Made by a program: the position numbers and the translations under genes. The notes beneath the pieces are model-generated. The model searched no databases. It saw only the letters and a list, made by a program, of their open reading frames with translations, and was not told where the DNA came from. This document shows positions 8,978 through 17,826 of a DNA stretch of 64,000 nt, piece by piece (within the stretch, counting starts at the first letter, position 1; each line of letters starts with the position of its first letter). This DNA is from Bdellovibrionales bacterium. Lineage in GTDB: Bacteria > Bdellovibrionota > Bdellovibrionia > Bdellovibrionales > JAGQZY01. The stretch covers positions 8,683-72,682 of the forward strand of contig JAYUQP010000022.1 in assembly GCA_043757265.1 (NCBI GenBank). The letters are read 5' to 3'.

Positions 8978-9709
8978 ATGGACTCCTGTAATTATTGGCT
9001 TCATCATAGGGATGAGAGCGAAGAAGCTCAGGATTTTATTTCTTTTGTTGTGCCTAGTGATTCTAACGGAGTTTTTATGAACGAAAGTTCTCGTTTTGAA
9101 TTTAACCTCGATTATATATCTGATGTTTACGGTCCAGACTTACTTGTAAGGACGTATTTAGAGCACGAAGCCTTGCGGAGTATCCTTAAGGGTCTACCTG
9201 AAAATCTGAATAACACGGCCGAGCTCGGAGCGGGTTACGGACGCATGACTCTTGTACTCAAAGAATTCTCGCAGAATGTTTTTGCCTATGAACGGGAGAT
9301 GCAATTGGTCAAAATTGGCACGAGGCTTTCTCCTCAACTCCATTTTGTTCAAGTAGAAAGCCTCTCCAAACTGCCCGCAAAAACAGACTTTTTCGATTTG
9401 CTTATGACCTTTACGTGTCTTCAGCATCATTCCAATGAGGAGCTCGATCCAGTTCTTATCGAAGCCACTCGAGTTTTAAAACCTCATGGATATCTTTTAT
9501 TGTGCGAGGAGACAGACGGCTTTTTTAAGGATAATTTCAAACCTGGCGAGTTTGGAACAATAAGCCGATCGCCTGCCGAATATGCTTCGTTTTTATCCGA
9601 ATTCGAATTCTTAAAAAGCGTATCGCGCCCTCACGAGCCCTCTTACCCACGAAAAAACGTTGGTGCCTTTATGCTATTTAGGAAACGGGCCGCCTCTCTT
9701 GACTATTAA
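8978..9709 (+). CDS. class I SAM-dependent methyltransferase
   Basis: 243 aa with motif I 'ELGAGYGRMT' and post-I/II spacing typical of the Methyltransf_11/25 fold ('LLMTFTCLQH', 'LKPHGYLLL'). Confidence 0.75.
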   Translation: MDSCNYWLHHRDESEEAQDFISFVVPSDSNGVFMNESSRFEFNLDYISDVYGPDLLVRTYLEHEALRSILKGLPENLNNTAELGAGYGRMTLVLKEFSQNVFAYEREMQLVKIGTRLSPQLHFVQVESLSKLPAKTDFFDLLMTFTCLQHHSNEELDPVLIEATRVLKPHGYLLLCEETDGFFKDNFKPGEFGTISRSPAEYASFLSEFEFLKSVSRPHEPSYPRKNVGAFMLFRKRAASLDY

Positions 9710-9733
9710 TCGCCACACGCATATTTAACTTTA

Positions 9734-10465
9734 ATGGCGCCTACGTTGAGTACTGCTCGAAAAATCAAAATTTTAGTCTTCAGCCATCATTTATTTCTGA
9801 TTATGGGCCTTTTGTATCTTGATGTGACTCACATGGCAGTGGCTTTGGTGAGCTACCTTCTTTTTGGAAAAATTGGGGGAGAGATTGCTTTGCACAGGTA
9901 TTTTGCGCATAAATCTTTTAAGACCACATATTTAATGGATAGAGGCTTTGCTGTCCTTTCCATCGGGGCGGGTTTGGGCTCTCCACTTTCTTGGGCAGCC
10001 ACGCACCGCTTGCACCATCGTCACGAAGACCAGGACGGTGATCCGCATAGCCCCCGGTTTCAGCCACCTCTCCACGTATGGATGACTTATTGGAAACCAT
10101 TTATCGTTCCACAGAAATTGATCACAGATCTTTCAAGAGATTCCTTCCACCGCTTCATTCATAAGTATTATTTTCATCTCCATGTCGCAATGTGGACGCC
10201 TGCCATCATTTTGTGCCCCACTTACTTTCCTTTTATTTTTTCTTTTCCGTGCATTTATGGTTTTCATCTTGCGGGAGCTGTCAATGTGCTAGGCCATGCA
10301 CCAGCAGTCAGAAATATCTACTGGCTGAATTTTTTCGGCCTGGGCGACGCTCTCCACCTCAACCATCATATTCACCCAAACTCCCATTCCACCGCCGGGG
10401 CAACTTTATTGGAGTTTGATCTTTCTGGCTGGATCATCCGCACCTTTTGCCGGGTAAACAAATAA
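9734..10465 (+). CDS. membrane fatty-acid (delta-9 acyl-CoA/acyl-lipid type) desaturase, paralog A
   Basis: Three His boxes: HRYFAH, HRLHHRH(EDQDGDPHSP) and HLNHHIH. Hydrophobic segments flank box 1. Confidence 0.8.
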   Translation: MAPTLSTARKIKILVFSHHLFLIMGLLYLDVTHMAVALVSYLLFGKIGGEIALHRYFAHKSFKTTYLMDRGFAVLSIGAGLGSPLSWAATHRLHHRHEDQDGDPHSPRFQPPLHVWMTYWKPFIVPQKLITDLSRDSFHRFIHKYYFHLHVAMWTPAIILCPTYFPFIFSFPCIYGFHLAGAVNVLGHAPAVRNIYWLNFFGLGDALHLNHHIHPNSHSTAGATLLEFDLSGWIIRTFCRVNK

Positions 10466-12136
10466 ATTACACATGCTCATTTCGTCAGTGGTGTCCTCAC
10501 CCCAAGCCACAGCCCGGTTCGGATCTGGGTTGGATTTATTGGATGAGGAGTTGTCGAAAGTATTCTCACAAATGATTTTTTGACCTTTTTTTACCAAAAA
10601 AACATTTCGTCTTTCATAAGTAAACTGAAATTCAAAAAGATAAGGATCTACTTCAAACAGAGTTTCGGTTTTATCCTTCGACGTCTCAAGCAAAATTCGC
10701 GAACGCTTCCCTCGCAAATGCATATGAGTATTCATAGCCATAACATACGCGTCATAGGGAATGCTCTTTTCGATCCTGTTTACGAAATTTACGGCGTGCG
10801 GTGGTATCATCACTTTTTCATCCAATAAGGTCCATTCCTCCCGGACGTGCAAAGGTTTCTTCGAAAAGGTATAAAGTCCGATACGGGTCTTATCGTCGAT
10901 TGTCGCTTCCCCGTTCGCAGCATAGTGCAGAGTTAACGCAAGTTTAGACTTTTTTGGAATAAGCGCACCCACATTGGGTGGAAAGAATTGTGCACGCGCC
11001 CCGGGAGCCCATCCAAACCGTGAGATAAAGTTGACTGGAAATTTTTCTGGTCGCAACTCGTAGCTATCTTTTAAAACATGTACGACCGCGTGGTGAACGA
11101 CCTTCGGTAAAGTCTTAAACTCAAAACCCCGAATCCAAACATCTTCGGTAAATGGATTTTCGATAATAAAATGTTGATACTCCATTGGCCCGTCAGCGAG
11201 AATTTTTACCGGCCGCGGAATTTTGATGACTTTACTTGGTTCGCCCACGGACCAAGAATCATAAGCTACGGTAGGACTCGGTTGAAGCATCCCGCTTTGT
11301 TTGGGAACAGATTTTAGCCACGGAAGGATCAATTTTTTTTCCGCGTCGGTCAGAGAAAAATCGTCAAGCCACGGACCTCCCGTTTTTACATTCCACGGGG
11401 GCATTATATTTTTTTCGATCACATATTTGATGGTTTTTGCACGCGCTTTTACGCTATCGTAGGTTGATAAATCCATCACCCCGGTTTGCGAAGTGTGGCA
11501 GGGCAAACACTTCCTTTGAAAAATGGGCGAGATATGCTCCTCGTAATTGATGGTAGCAATGTTCGCCTCCTCTTTTTTCGGGTATGCTATTATACAGCCA
11601 TGGGCCGTAGTCTCGGAATATCGTTGGATTTTTCCACCCGCTATCTCTTGCAATTTTTGCTCTAAAAAGTCGTTTGAAGCTTGGTACTTTTGTACGCCGA
11701 TTTCAAACTGATCGTCGACAGCCCCGCGATACAAAATTTTGCCATGCTTATTGAAGACCACTGCTTCGGTCGTCGTTTTTAAGCCAAGACTTTTTGCCAC
11801 TTCGAGTTTTGGGTCAGTCAGATAGGCTCCACCAAATCCGTACTTCGTTTTGTCAGCAATTGCATTTTGTATTGAGTTTATTTGTCCCACATAAAGGTAA
11901 ACAAAAGAGAATCCAAGTGAACTGAATTTAGTCTCCATTTTTTTTAACCGCGGGCCCAACTTTTCGGATATGGGACAGCCACTTTCTCTAGCCAGAAGAA
12001 CGAGCCCCTGCTCTCCGACAAGGCGGTTGAGCGGCATCCTGGATCCGGAGATGGTCAAAGCATTTATTTCGGAAAGCTCAGAAGATCCTTGAGTCATATT
12101 AAGCGAGTAAAAAAGCAAATATAAAGAAAAAATCAT
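10406..12136 (-). CDS. secreted fusion: redoxin/thioredoxin-like domain, CxxCH heme motif and Cu-monooxygenase-like C-terminal domain
   Basis: 576 aa. The N-terminal AhpC/TSA-like block has 'ESGCPIS' (CxxS). The mid region 'ISPIFQRKCLPCHTSQTG...NIMPPW' resembles Planctomycete-type cytochrome c. The C-terminus has 'HHAVVHV' and 'MNTHMHLRGK', His/Met patterns like the type II Cu ascorbate-dependent monooxygenase fold. Confidence 0.55.
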   Translation of the reverse strand: MIFSLYLLFYSLNMTQGSSELSEINALTISGSRMPLNRLVGEQGLVLLARESGCPISEKLGPRLKKMETKFSSLGFSFVYLYVGQINSIQNAIADKTKYGFGGAYLTDPKLEVAKSLGLKTTTEAVVFNKHGKILYRGAVDDQFEIGVQKYQASNDFLEQKLQEIAGGKIQRYSETTAHGCIIAYPKKEEANIATINYEEHISPIFQRKCLPCHTSQTGVMDLSTYDSVKARAKTIKYVIEKNIMPPWNVKTGGPWLDDFSLTDAEKKLILPWLKSVPKQSGMLQPSPTVAYDSWSVGEPSKVIKIPRPVKILADGPMEYQHFIIENPFTEDVWIRGFEFKTLPKVVHHAVVHVLKDSYELRPEKFPVNFISRFGWAPGARAQFFPPNVGALIPKKSKLALTLHYAANGEATIDDKTRIGLYTFSKKPLHVREEWTLLDEKVMIPPHAVNFVNRIEKSIPYDAYVMAMNTHMHLRGKRSRILLETSKDKTETLFEVDPYLFEFQFTYERRNVFLVKKGQKIICENTFDNSSSNKSNPDPNRAVAWGEDTTDEMSMCNLFVYPAKGADDPARKIKLQ

Positions 12137-12160
12137 CGAAGCATCACCTTGCTATAATTA

Positions 12161-13057
12161 TCAAAGATTAAATTCGTCCAATGCTTTCCGATCCACGCTG
12201 CTGTCGTTCAATTTGATTTCCGAAAAAGGCATGGTCGCAATGTCGGCGTGAGAAAGCTTGCGCAATGGCTGCACCGGAACCATTTCCTTTAAATCGTCTT
12301 GACCGTTCACGCAGACCCGAATCTGAAATCGTGGATCTTTTCCAAAATTAATGGCGTAGTGTTCATATCCTGCATTGATAAAATATATGCCACCATCGGC
12401 TGGAAGATGAAATTCCTCCCAACCCTCTGGGCCCTTCACTCCAATTCGAGCATTAGTATTTGTAAATACTGGAATCTGCAGCCGCGTGATGTATTCGGCA
12501 CCAACATCAAAATGGGGAGATAAATACTCTTCGGGATACAGAACAACCAAAGCTGAACGACAAGATTCGCTTTTAAACATCTGCAAGATTTCCTGAACAT
12601 ACCCTTTGCAGTACTCCGTCATTTGCGAGTAATTTCTTTCGTCGTAAAACGGATGATACATTTTGTAGGCGGTGTTAGCCATACCGTGCAAGCGTTGAAG
12701 CGGGGTCAAATCCGAAACCTTATAAGGAAGATTTTGCGCGTATATTTTTGCCTCTTTACTCAGTTCTTGCAGCCCAATAACACTGTACTTTCGATACACT
12801 TCTTCGTAATTTTTTACGAACAGCTCGCCCTTCGTATTTCGTAAATTGTAGCTGTGTTCGGTGGAGGCTGGGTCTAGCGAAAAATTTTGCGCGTCAATCT
12901 TGCGCTGATGGGTCACTAAAAGCTCGGCAACTTGTGATTGCACCCGGTCAAGGTCTACCTTGGCTGCTATTCGACCTACAAGCGGAAGTTCTCTTTTGCT
13001 CTTTCGCTGCTTTATAATTTCTGAGTAATCAACACCAATTTTGTGTGTACTTTTCAT
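12161..13057 (-). CDS. Asp/Asn beta-hydroxylase-like (LpxO/OlsC-type cupin) oxygenase, paralog 1
   Basis: 298 aa. 'LSPHFDVGAEYITRLQIPVFT...GGIYFINAGYEHYAINFGKDPRFQIRV' gives an HxD...H pattern and a context like the Asp_Arg_Hydrox family. Confidence 0.55.
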   Translation of the reverse strand: MKSTHKIGVDYSEIIKQRKSKRELPLVGRIAAKVDLDRVQSQVAELLVTHQRKIDAQNFSLDPASTEHSYNLRNTKGELFVKNYEEVYRKYSVIGLQELSKEAKIYAQNLPYKVSDLTPLQRLHGMANTAYKMYHPFYDERNYSQMTEYCKGYVQEILQMFKSESCRSALVVLYPEEYLSPHFDVGAEYITRLQIPVFTNTNARIGVKGPEGWEEFHLPADGGIYFINAGYEHYAINFGKDPRFQIRVCVNGQDDLKEMVPVQPLRKLSHADIATMPFSEIKLNDSSVDRKALDEFNL

Positions 13058-14060
13058 ATTCTTTCCGAAGAATTGCTTTTGCCTCAGGGTCGATTGGCTT
13101 GCATGGCCGATCGAGAAAAAACTGTCCGTCTGGTGAGCTTATAATAACATACTGCCAAACCCCCCTTTCAAAAATCATTTTTTCGTAAGGTACGAGGCTT
13201 TTTCGAAAATGCGCTCCAATACCGGGCGCGTACTGATTTTTTCTGAAAAGATGACGCCTTTCGCCAATGCGACGAACCGTCCACTCTAGCGTGCGCAAAT
13301 CTCCCTCATTTACAGTCAGATAGATCCGTTCCACATTCTGTCTTTCGCACCAGTCAAAAAGAGCCGGTTCAAAAAACCGATCAATGGTTGAGTGTGGAAC
13401 GCCCTTCTTTAGGTGAAGCCGTCCATAAATTTTGGCGACTTTACACCCATTTTCGATCGTTAAAATAACCGACGCCATGGCTCCGATTTTGCAGGTTTCA
13501 TCAAGCCAAAGGAAAAGTTCGCCCTGCTTGCCGTCGTAACAATTCAACCTGATTTTTTGAGCGTCACGGTTATTAGGAGGCGGATCGTCTCGGAAGTAGT
13601 CTTGAAGAATCGGCAAGAACGTTGGCCTGTAACGAACCACAGCACCTTGCTTGAAACCCAAAAATAAAGGCCACCGTTTTGTCATTTGAAATTCAACGAT
13701 AGCTTCGGCAAGAGCTAAACCTTCAAAAGTGTATTTTGCTAAGGTCTGCCACCATGGTTCGGTCGGCAGCTGATTTTCGCGGTAAAACTGAACAATCAAA
13801 TTGTGAAATTCGTAAATACCTTTTTCGAAGTCCGATAAATCCACAAATTCTAATGGTTGCATAGATTCCACATGGACAGGTAAAATTGAATTAAGTTGAG
13901 TAAACGTTTTCGTTGAAGAAAATGGTTTATATGCAAGGATGCCATACGATTCCGGAAAGTTTTCTTTTACTTTTAAAAAGTAATCCTCTGTTATGACAGC
14001 AACACCGCTGTAATGCCCTGCAAGATGGGTTAGATAAAACTTTCTTTCTGTCACGACCAT
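13029..14060 (-). CDS. hypothetical protein, first gene of the minus-strand operon 14060->10406
   Basis: The track ORF starts at 14174 but would overlap the divergent desaturase by 97 nt. The internal ATG at 14060 (MVVTERKFYL...) removes the overlap. No motif was recognised, and a GNAT/Fem-like fold is only a guess. Confidence 0.45.
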   Translation of the reverse strand: MVVTERKFYLTHLAGHYSGVAVITEDYFLKVKENFPESYGILAYKPFSSTKTFTQLNSILPVHVESMQPLEFVDLSDFEKGIYEFHNLIVQFYRENQLPTEPWWQTLAKYTFEGLALAEAIVEFQMTKRWPLFLGFKQGAVVRYRPTFLPILQDYFRDDPPPNNRDAQKIRLNCYDGKQGELFLWLDETCKIGAMASVILTIENGCKVAKIYGRLHLKKGVPHSTIDRFFEPALFDWCERQNVERIYLTVNEGDLRTLEWTVRRIGERRHLFRKNQYAPGIGAHFRKSLVPYEKMIFERGVWQYVIISSPDGQFFLDRPCKPIDPEAKAILRKEYEKYTQNWC

Positions 14061-14077
14061 GGGATAACACACTGAAT

Positions 14078-14893
14078 ATGAAGAAGACAGTGCGTTCCGA
14101 ACAAAACTTGTTGTTTGCAGCCCAAACTGTCGCTCATCTTTCAATCGTGCCAATGTTCTTCTACGCAGGCGCAAAAGATTACATGTTTTCGGCGATTATC
14201 TACTCATTGTTTTTTTGTTTTGGAATTAGCATGACATACCACCGACTGGTCTCGCACAAATCATGGACCCCTCCCAAGTTTTTCGAGCTTGTTGGCTCTT
14301 GCTTAGGTGCGCTGTGCCTGCAAGGCAGTCCATTGGCCTGGGCCGCCATGCACAGGGAACATCATCGATTTTCTGATTCAAGCAAGGACCCCCATCCACC
14401 GCATGGAAACGTTTTGCGTGCTCATTTTTTAAGCATGTACCACGAGCCTAAACTCCGATACATCTTGGATTACAGATTTGATTTGTTCCAGCAATGGTTA
14501 CACAGGAGATATTGGACTGTGAATTTGTTTTACGCTGGCTCTCTTTTTATCATAATTGGCCCTTTCGCAGTGGTTTCGCTATACCTTTTTCCCGCCGTTC
14601 TCAGCTGGCATGGCGCAAGCTTTGTTAATACTTTCTGTCACCTGCTAGGGTACCGAAATTTTCGCACGAAGGACAACAGCACCAATTTGTGGTGGGTGGC
14701 TTTGTTTAACTTTGGGGAAGGCTGGCATAACAACCATCACTCCGATCCTCAGAACCCGTACTTTGGACGAAAGTATTGGGAAATCGACCCATCTGGAATT
14801 CTCATTCGTTTATTCAATAGGGATGAGAAAAAGCAAAAAACCCGAGAGCCTACAGCTATTTTAAAGCTCGAGTCTCAATCTTATAAGAGCTAG
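14078..14893 (+). CDS. membrane fatty-acid (delta-9 acyl-CoA type) desaturase, paralog B
   Basis: His boxes HRLVSHKSW, WAAMHREHHRFSDSSKDPHPP and GEGWHNNHHSDP closely follow the stearoyl-CoA desaturase family consensus. Confidence 0.85.
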   Translation: MKKTVRSEQNLLFAAQTVAHLSIVPMFFYAGAKDYMFSAIIYSLFFCFGISMTYHRLVSHKSWTPPKFFELVGSCLGALCLQGSPLAWAAMHREHHRFSDSSKDPHPPHGNVLRAHFLSMYHEPKLRYILDYRFDLFQQWLHRRYWTVNLFYAGSLFIIIGPFAVVSLYLFPAVLSWHGASFVNTFCHLLGYRNFRTKDNSTNLWWVALFNFGEGWHNNHHSDPQNPYFGRKYWEIDPSGILIRLFNRDEKKQKTREPTAILKLESQSYKS

Positions 14894-15242
14894 TAAGCGC
14901 TCTTCGGTTAAAAATCTTTAGAAGATCTTTTTGTAAAGTCCAATATGCAAATATGATAAGCGAACTAAATTCATACGTGTAAACAGCTTTATCACTCAAG
15001 TAAGTGTATTTTATATTCTTAATCCAGCCTTTTTTTACGAACTTTTTATTGAGGTCAACAAGACGATTCATATCCATCAGACTGTGTTCTAAGGTTGCCG
15101 CCTGACTGGGGCCCACCGATGGTGGATAATGCCAAACGAATTGAACAGGATAATTAGACGGTGATTCTTTCTGATTCAAAAGCGCAAAAGAAGGTGTAAA
15201 AAACAACAGTCCCTGAATCAACCTTCTACGCTTTGATTGCAT
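14856..15242 (-). CDS. small hypothetical protein
   Basis: 128-aa ORF with a hydrophobic N-terminus (LIQGLLFFTPSFALL). It overlaps the 3' end of desaturase B by 38 nt (convergent) and starts 21 nt from the divergent cupin gene. Confidence 0.35.
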   Translation of the reverse strand: MQSKRRRLIQGLLFFTPSFALLNQKESPSNYPVQFVWHYPPSVGPSQAATLEHSLMDMNRLVDLNKKFVKKGWIKNIKYTYLSDKAVYTYEFSSLIIFAYWTLQKDLLKIFNRRALTSSYKIETRALK

Positions 15243-15263
15243 GGTTAATTATAGGCGGTGAAA

Positions 15264-15923
15264 ATGGGAAACTCCAAGAAAAATCAAATAGACTTGAGAT
15301 CAATTCCAATCTACCGTAGAAATGTGGATCTGTTTGAGACTATAAGCCCGCCTAACAAAGCCGAATTCTTAGTTCAGCTAAAACACAACTCCATCATACC
15401 TTGGTCTCTAGCAGAAAATTTACTAGACCTGTCCCTGTCTGCAAGTGTGTCGTATTCTTTTGGAGTTGCGAAAGGCATAGACATCGGATTACATCCAATT
15501 TACTCGGAAATAGCCAACCAATTTAACCTCAAAACCCGTATTTTTGTGATCCACATGCCAGCTGAATTTCATGCTTTACCGATTCATATTGATGGACATG
15601 CTGATAAGAATAATGCTGCAAGTATCATCTGGCCTTTGTACGGATGCGACGAACGGTCTCCCACAAAATGGTTTGAGACAAAAACCCATGAATTTGAGTT
15701 TGTAAAAAACAATTATTTTCTAAAAAATGCAGAGGGGCTTAAAGTTTGCCATAGTCAATCGATGCACTCTTCGGAAAAATCACCCTACCTTTTCAGAAGC
15801 AATATTCTTCACTGCGGCTATAATTTTTCGGGAAAAGAAAAAATCATCGTTAAATGGGAAATGAATTCACCCAATTGGACTGAAGCAAATGAATTTTTTA
15901 GAACCTTGGATCTGATTGCTTAA
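15264..15923 (+). CDS. cupin / Asp-Asn beta-hydroxylase-like oxygenase, paralog 2 (divergent)
   Basis: The ATG at 15264 is 2 codons inside the GTG-started track ORF. 'LPIHIDGHADKNNAASIIWPLYGC...YLFRSNILHCGYNFSG' gives an HxD...H pattern in the same context as paralog 1. Confidence 0.4.
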   Translation: MGNSKKNQIDLRSIPIYRRNVDLFETISPPNKAEFLVQLKHNSIIPWSLAENLLDLSLSASVSYSFGVAKGIDIGLHPIYSEIANQFNLKTRIFVIHMPAEFHALPIHIDGHADKNNAASIIWPLYGCDERSPTKWFETKTHEFEFVKNNYFLKNAEGLKVCHSQSMHSSEKSPYLFRSNILHCGYNFSGKEKIIVKWEMNSPNWTEANEFFRTLDLIA

Positions 15924-17004
15924 TGGGGCCTTGTATTAGAGGTAGTATATTTTTGCTCACATCATCATCGCCGCTGCGATAGATGAGTCCGTCCACCAAA
16001 TAATGAGATATAGATAAGATGGGAATTAGCAAAGTTATTAATAAAAGTGGCGGATAAAAAGAAAGAAATTTTTCCACTTGCTCGCCTGTGTTTGCACTCA
16101 TCAGCTCGATAATGTTGTAGAATAATATAAAAGCCAAATACGCTGAGGCAACGCGCAAAAGACGACAGTATACATTGGGATGAGAGCGGAACATCATTTT
16201 ATGAATAAGAGCGATGTACTCATGTCCGTGAACGATACCGATCATCAGTTTAGCCACCCAGGAATACCCAGCCATGGGCCAAAAAAGCATTCTTGCCGAA
16301 AATTGGAGTTTATCTGTTCCGTCAAATGCCCGGGCTTTTTTAACTTCGAAAAATAGGCAAAAAGCACACACTGCTGGAATCGTAAAAAGTATTGGAATTA
16401 ATAAACTGGGGATGTGAAATTCCAGTTCCTGAATTCCTTGTACTACGAGGGCAACTAATGTCGAAATATAGAGAAACAAAAGAATTTTCCGCTCCTTCTG
16501 AGTAAACTTAGTAAGTTCTCTTTGGTCTTCCGTCGAAACGTTGGTGTAAATGGCTCTACTATAGAGAATTCCTAGACCTCCACTTTGTCTCAACCCGTGT
16601 ATGGTTGGTAAAAGAATCCAAACCCAAAAAAATATGGATTTTGTGTTTTTTTGAGCAAATGAAAAAATCCAACCCTTTTCAATAACCAGCATCAGCAATA
16701 TCAAAGACAAAATTGAAAATAAAATGAGTCTATTTCTCGTTGAATGTTTACCCCGCATTTTGGATGCGAGCAGCTGTCGAAACTCGGGCACAGTCGATAA
16801 CAAAACAAATGGAAAAATTAAATGTGTCGCGTTTAGAAAAACCAGATTATATACGAATCGCAGCTTGCTTGGCTCTAGCCCTTCAAGAAGATTCCGGAAA
16901 AAAAGAATTTCTATAGCGGCTCCGATGATCCCAATTACAGGCAACCAAAGGCAGAGAAACCAATCGCGCGGTAAAAAAAACGGTGCTGTTTTTATATTTT
17001 TCAT
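15898..17004 (-). CDS. polytopic membrane protein, hypothetical
   Basis: About 10 hydrophobic segments. The ATG at 17004 (MKNIKTAPFFLPRDWF...) is preferred over the track start at 17058, which abuts the divergent gene. Confidence 0.5.
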   Translation of the reverse strand: MKNIKTAPFFLPRDWFLCLWLPVIGIIGAAIEILFFRNLLEGLEPSKLRFVYNLVFLNATHLIFPFVLLSTVPEFRQLLASKMRGKHSTRNRLILFSILSLILLMLVIEKGWIFSFAQKNTKSIFFWVWILLPTIHGLRQSGGLGILYSRAIYTNVSTEDQRELTKFTQKERKILLFLYISTLVALVVQGIQELEFHIPSLLIPILFTIPAVCAFCLFFEVKKARAFDGTDKLQFSARMLFWPMAGYSWVAKLMIGIVHGHEYIALIHKMMFRSHPNVYCRLLRVASAYLAFILFYNIIELMSANTGEQVEKFLSFYPPLLLITLLIPILSISHYLVDGLIYRSGDDDVSKNILPLIQGPIKQSDPRF

Positions 17005-17060
17005 TTTTACAGTCCTATTATTTCCGACAAAAGTGACGACGTCACTGCTGCACAGCACTG

Positions 17061-17789
17061 GTGGTTTTTCGGTGCAGGTCGGAAAGCTTACTTGACAAAA
17101 AGTGGGCCCTTGAACATCCTTCTTTAGTGAATTCCCCAGACCTCCACAAAATTAATCTTGAACTTCAGTACAATTCTCTAGTCACACTCGGAAATTTTTA
17201 CGGGCTCGATATTTATTTCGATTGGCAGGCAATCAACGAGCAGTTACGTCCATTTGAAACTGATTGGAAACAGTACAACCCACGTAAAAGCCACATCCCG
17301 AGATTTGGCTTGAGTCTTACATCTTTGGACGGTGGACTCTCCGGTTACCCAGATTTAGATTCAATAACAGAATATAATAAGAAGAACGACACTTTGTTAA
17401 ACGAAGAATCTTTCACAACGGCGACCGAAGTCTTAAAGCAATGCGGAGCACTGAGAAGCCACATTGAACCGTTTCTTCCATACTTAGGGCGTTCTCATTT
17501 GATCCGCCTCAACGAAGGTGGATATTTCCCATTTCACCGTGACAGCCAAGCTTTTGGTGCCGGCACATTTCGTCTTATAAGCCCCTTAAATAATTGCAGC
17601 TCAAATTCGTTTTGTTTTCTATACAATCAGCAAAGAATTCAACTCAATGAACATCAGCTTTATTTTATGAATACAAAAATAGATCATGCTCTCTTTTCTT
17701 TTCGAGACGATGCTGTACTGCTTGTCTTAAATGTGATTGTTAGCGAAGAAAGTACGAATTGCGTACGAAGGTACTTAGCTGCTAATTAA
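17061..17789 (+). CDS. cupin / Asp-Asn beta-hydroxylase-like oxygenase, paralog 3 (divergent)
   Basis: GTG start, so the start is uncertain. 'LIRLNEGGYFPFHRDSQAFGAGTFRLISPLN...LYFMNTKIDHALFSF' gives an HxD...H pattern in a cupin-like context. Confidence 0.4.
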   Translation: MVFRCRSESLLDKKWALEHPSLVNSPDLHKINLELQYNSLVTLGNFYGLDIYFDWQAINEQLRPFETDWKQYNPRKSHIPRFGLSLTSLDGGLSGYPDLDSITEYNKKNDTLLNEESFTTATEVLKQCGALRSHIEPFLPYLGRSHLIRLNEGGYFPFHRDSQAFGAGTFRLISPLNNCSSNSFCFLYNQQRIQLNEHQLYFMNTKIDHALFSFRDDAVLLVLNVIVSEESTNCVRRYLAAN

Positions 17790-17826
17790 TAAATCTTTTT
17801 TGCGATGAAAAGCGTCTCCAATCGGT

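Noticed and set aside
13029-14174. Longer 381-aa version of the hypothetical gene starting at 14174
   Set aside because: It would overlap the divergent desaturase B coding region by 97 nt. The Arg-rich extra N-terminus (MRLRRRTLARL...) looks like an out-of-frame read of that gene. The internal ATG at 14060 is preferred, but this is not proven.
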